Source of the DNA: Isurus oxyrinchus
Taxonomy: Eukaryota
DNA length: 64,000 bases
NCBI GenBank assembly: GCA_026770705.1
Contig: JANJGN010000210.1
Location: forward strand, 372,001 to 436,000
Reading direction: 5' to 3'
The first letter of the stretch is position 1. Each line of letters begins with the position of its first letter. Positions 63,741-64,000 of this stretch are shown in pieces. Below the pieces are notes generated by a model. It was not told the origin of the DNA and ran no database searches. It saw nothing but the letters and a program-made list of their open reading frames with translations. Position numbers and translations under genes: made by a program.

Positions 63741-64000
63741 ATAGGTGGGATGCAGATTTCAGGTTAATATCAGATCATCCATGATCTTATTAAATGGCGC
63801 AACATGCCCGAGGAACTGAATGGCCTACTCCTGCTCCTTTTTGTATGCTCGTATCTTCGAATGGTCCAGTGCAATCATAACTGAGATAAGGTCATCAGGT
63901 CAAGGGCAGTGATCACTGAAACTGGGTAAAGTGGCCATCTCACATTTTAAAGCTGCTCTGCCATTCAGTAATATCGTGGCTGATTTCCAAACTCAACGTC

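Noticed and set aside
45302-64000. Ig or TCR constant exon after JH
   Set aside because: No C1-set pattern (xLxCLxxxFxP...W) found in the ORF track or by eye; a short or very divergent exon could have been missed.

Overview
Eukaryotic, repeat-rich DNA from a cartilaginous fish (shark). Most consistent with the V-gene region of the T-cell receptor alpha/delta locus. Main contents: (1) An apparently intact NAR-TCR cassette on +: leader 17259-17301, IgNAR-type V 17446-17739 followed by a 12-bp-spacer RSS (looks germline V-D joined), a 23-RSS J at 18122-18173, and a leaderless supporting TCR-delta V at 21059-21364 with a perfect 23-RSS and the characteristic CDR1 cysteine. (2) A second, apparently intact immunoglobulin heavy-chain-type V-D-J mini-cluster on +: leader 43965-44013, VH 44135-44434 with 23-RSS, a 12/12 D at 44835-44853, and a WGQG J at 45248-45301. 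No constant exon is recognisable in the 18.7 kb after it; a decayed TCR-type V ending in a good 23-RSS follows instead (52055-53276). This parallels the NAR-TCR layout and is the best candidate for an undescribed system (a VH-capped, doubly rearranging TCR delta). (3) Several TCR V pseudogenes on both strands. (4) Two GPR139/142-like class A GPCR paralogues in convergent orientation: one intact with two exons (322 aa), one with a single nonsense codon. The rest is CR1, Tx1-like and RTE-like LINE fragments, SINEs, Penelope-like short palindromic repeats, a 27-bp degenerate minisatellite, microsatellites and a 194-nt assembly gap. All calls come from reading the sequence; no database searches were run, and repeat boundaries are approximate.
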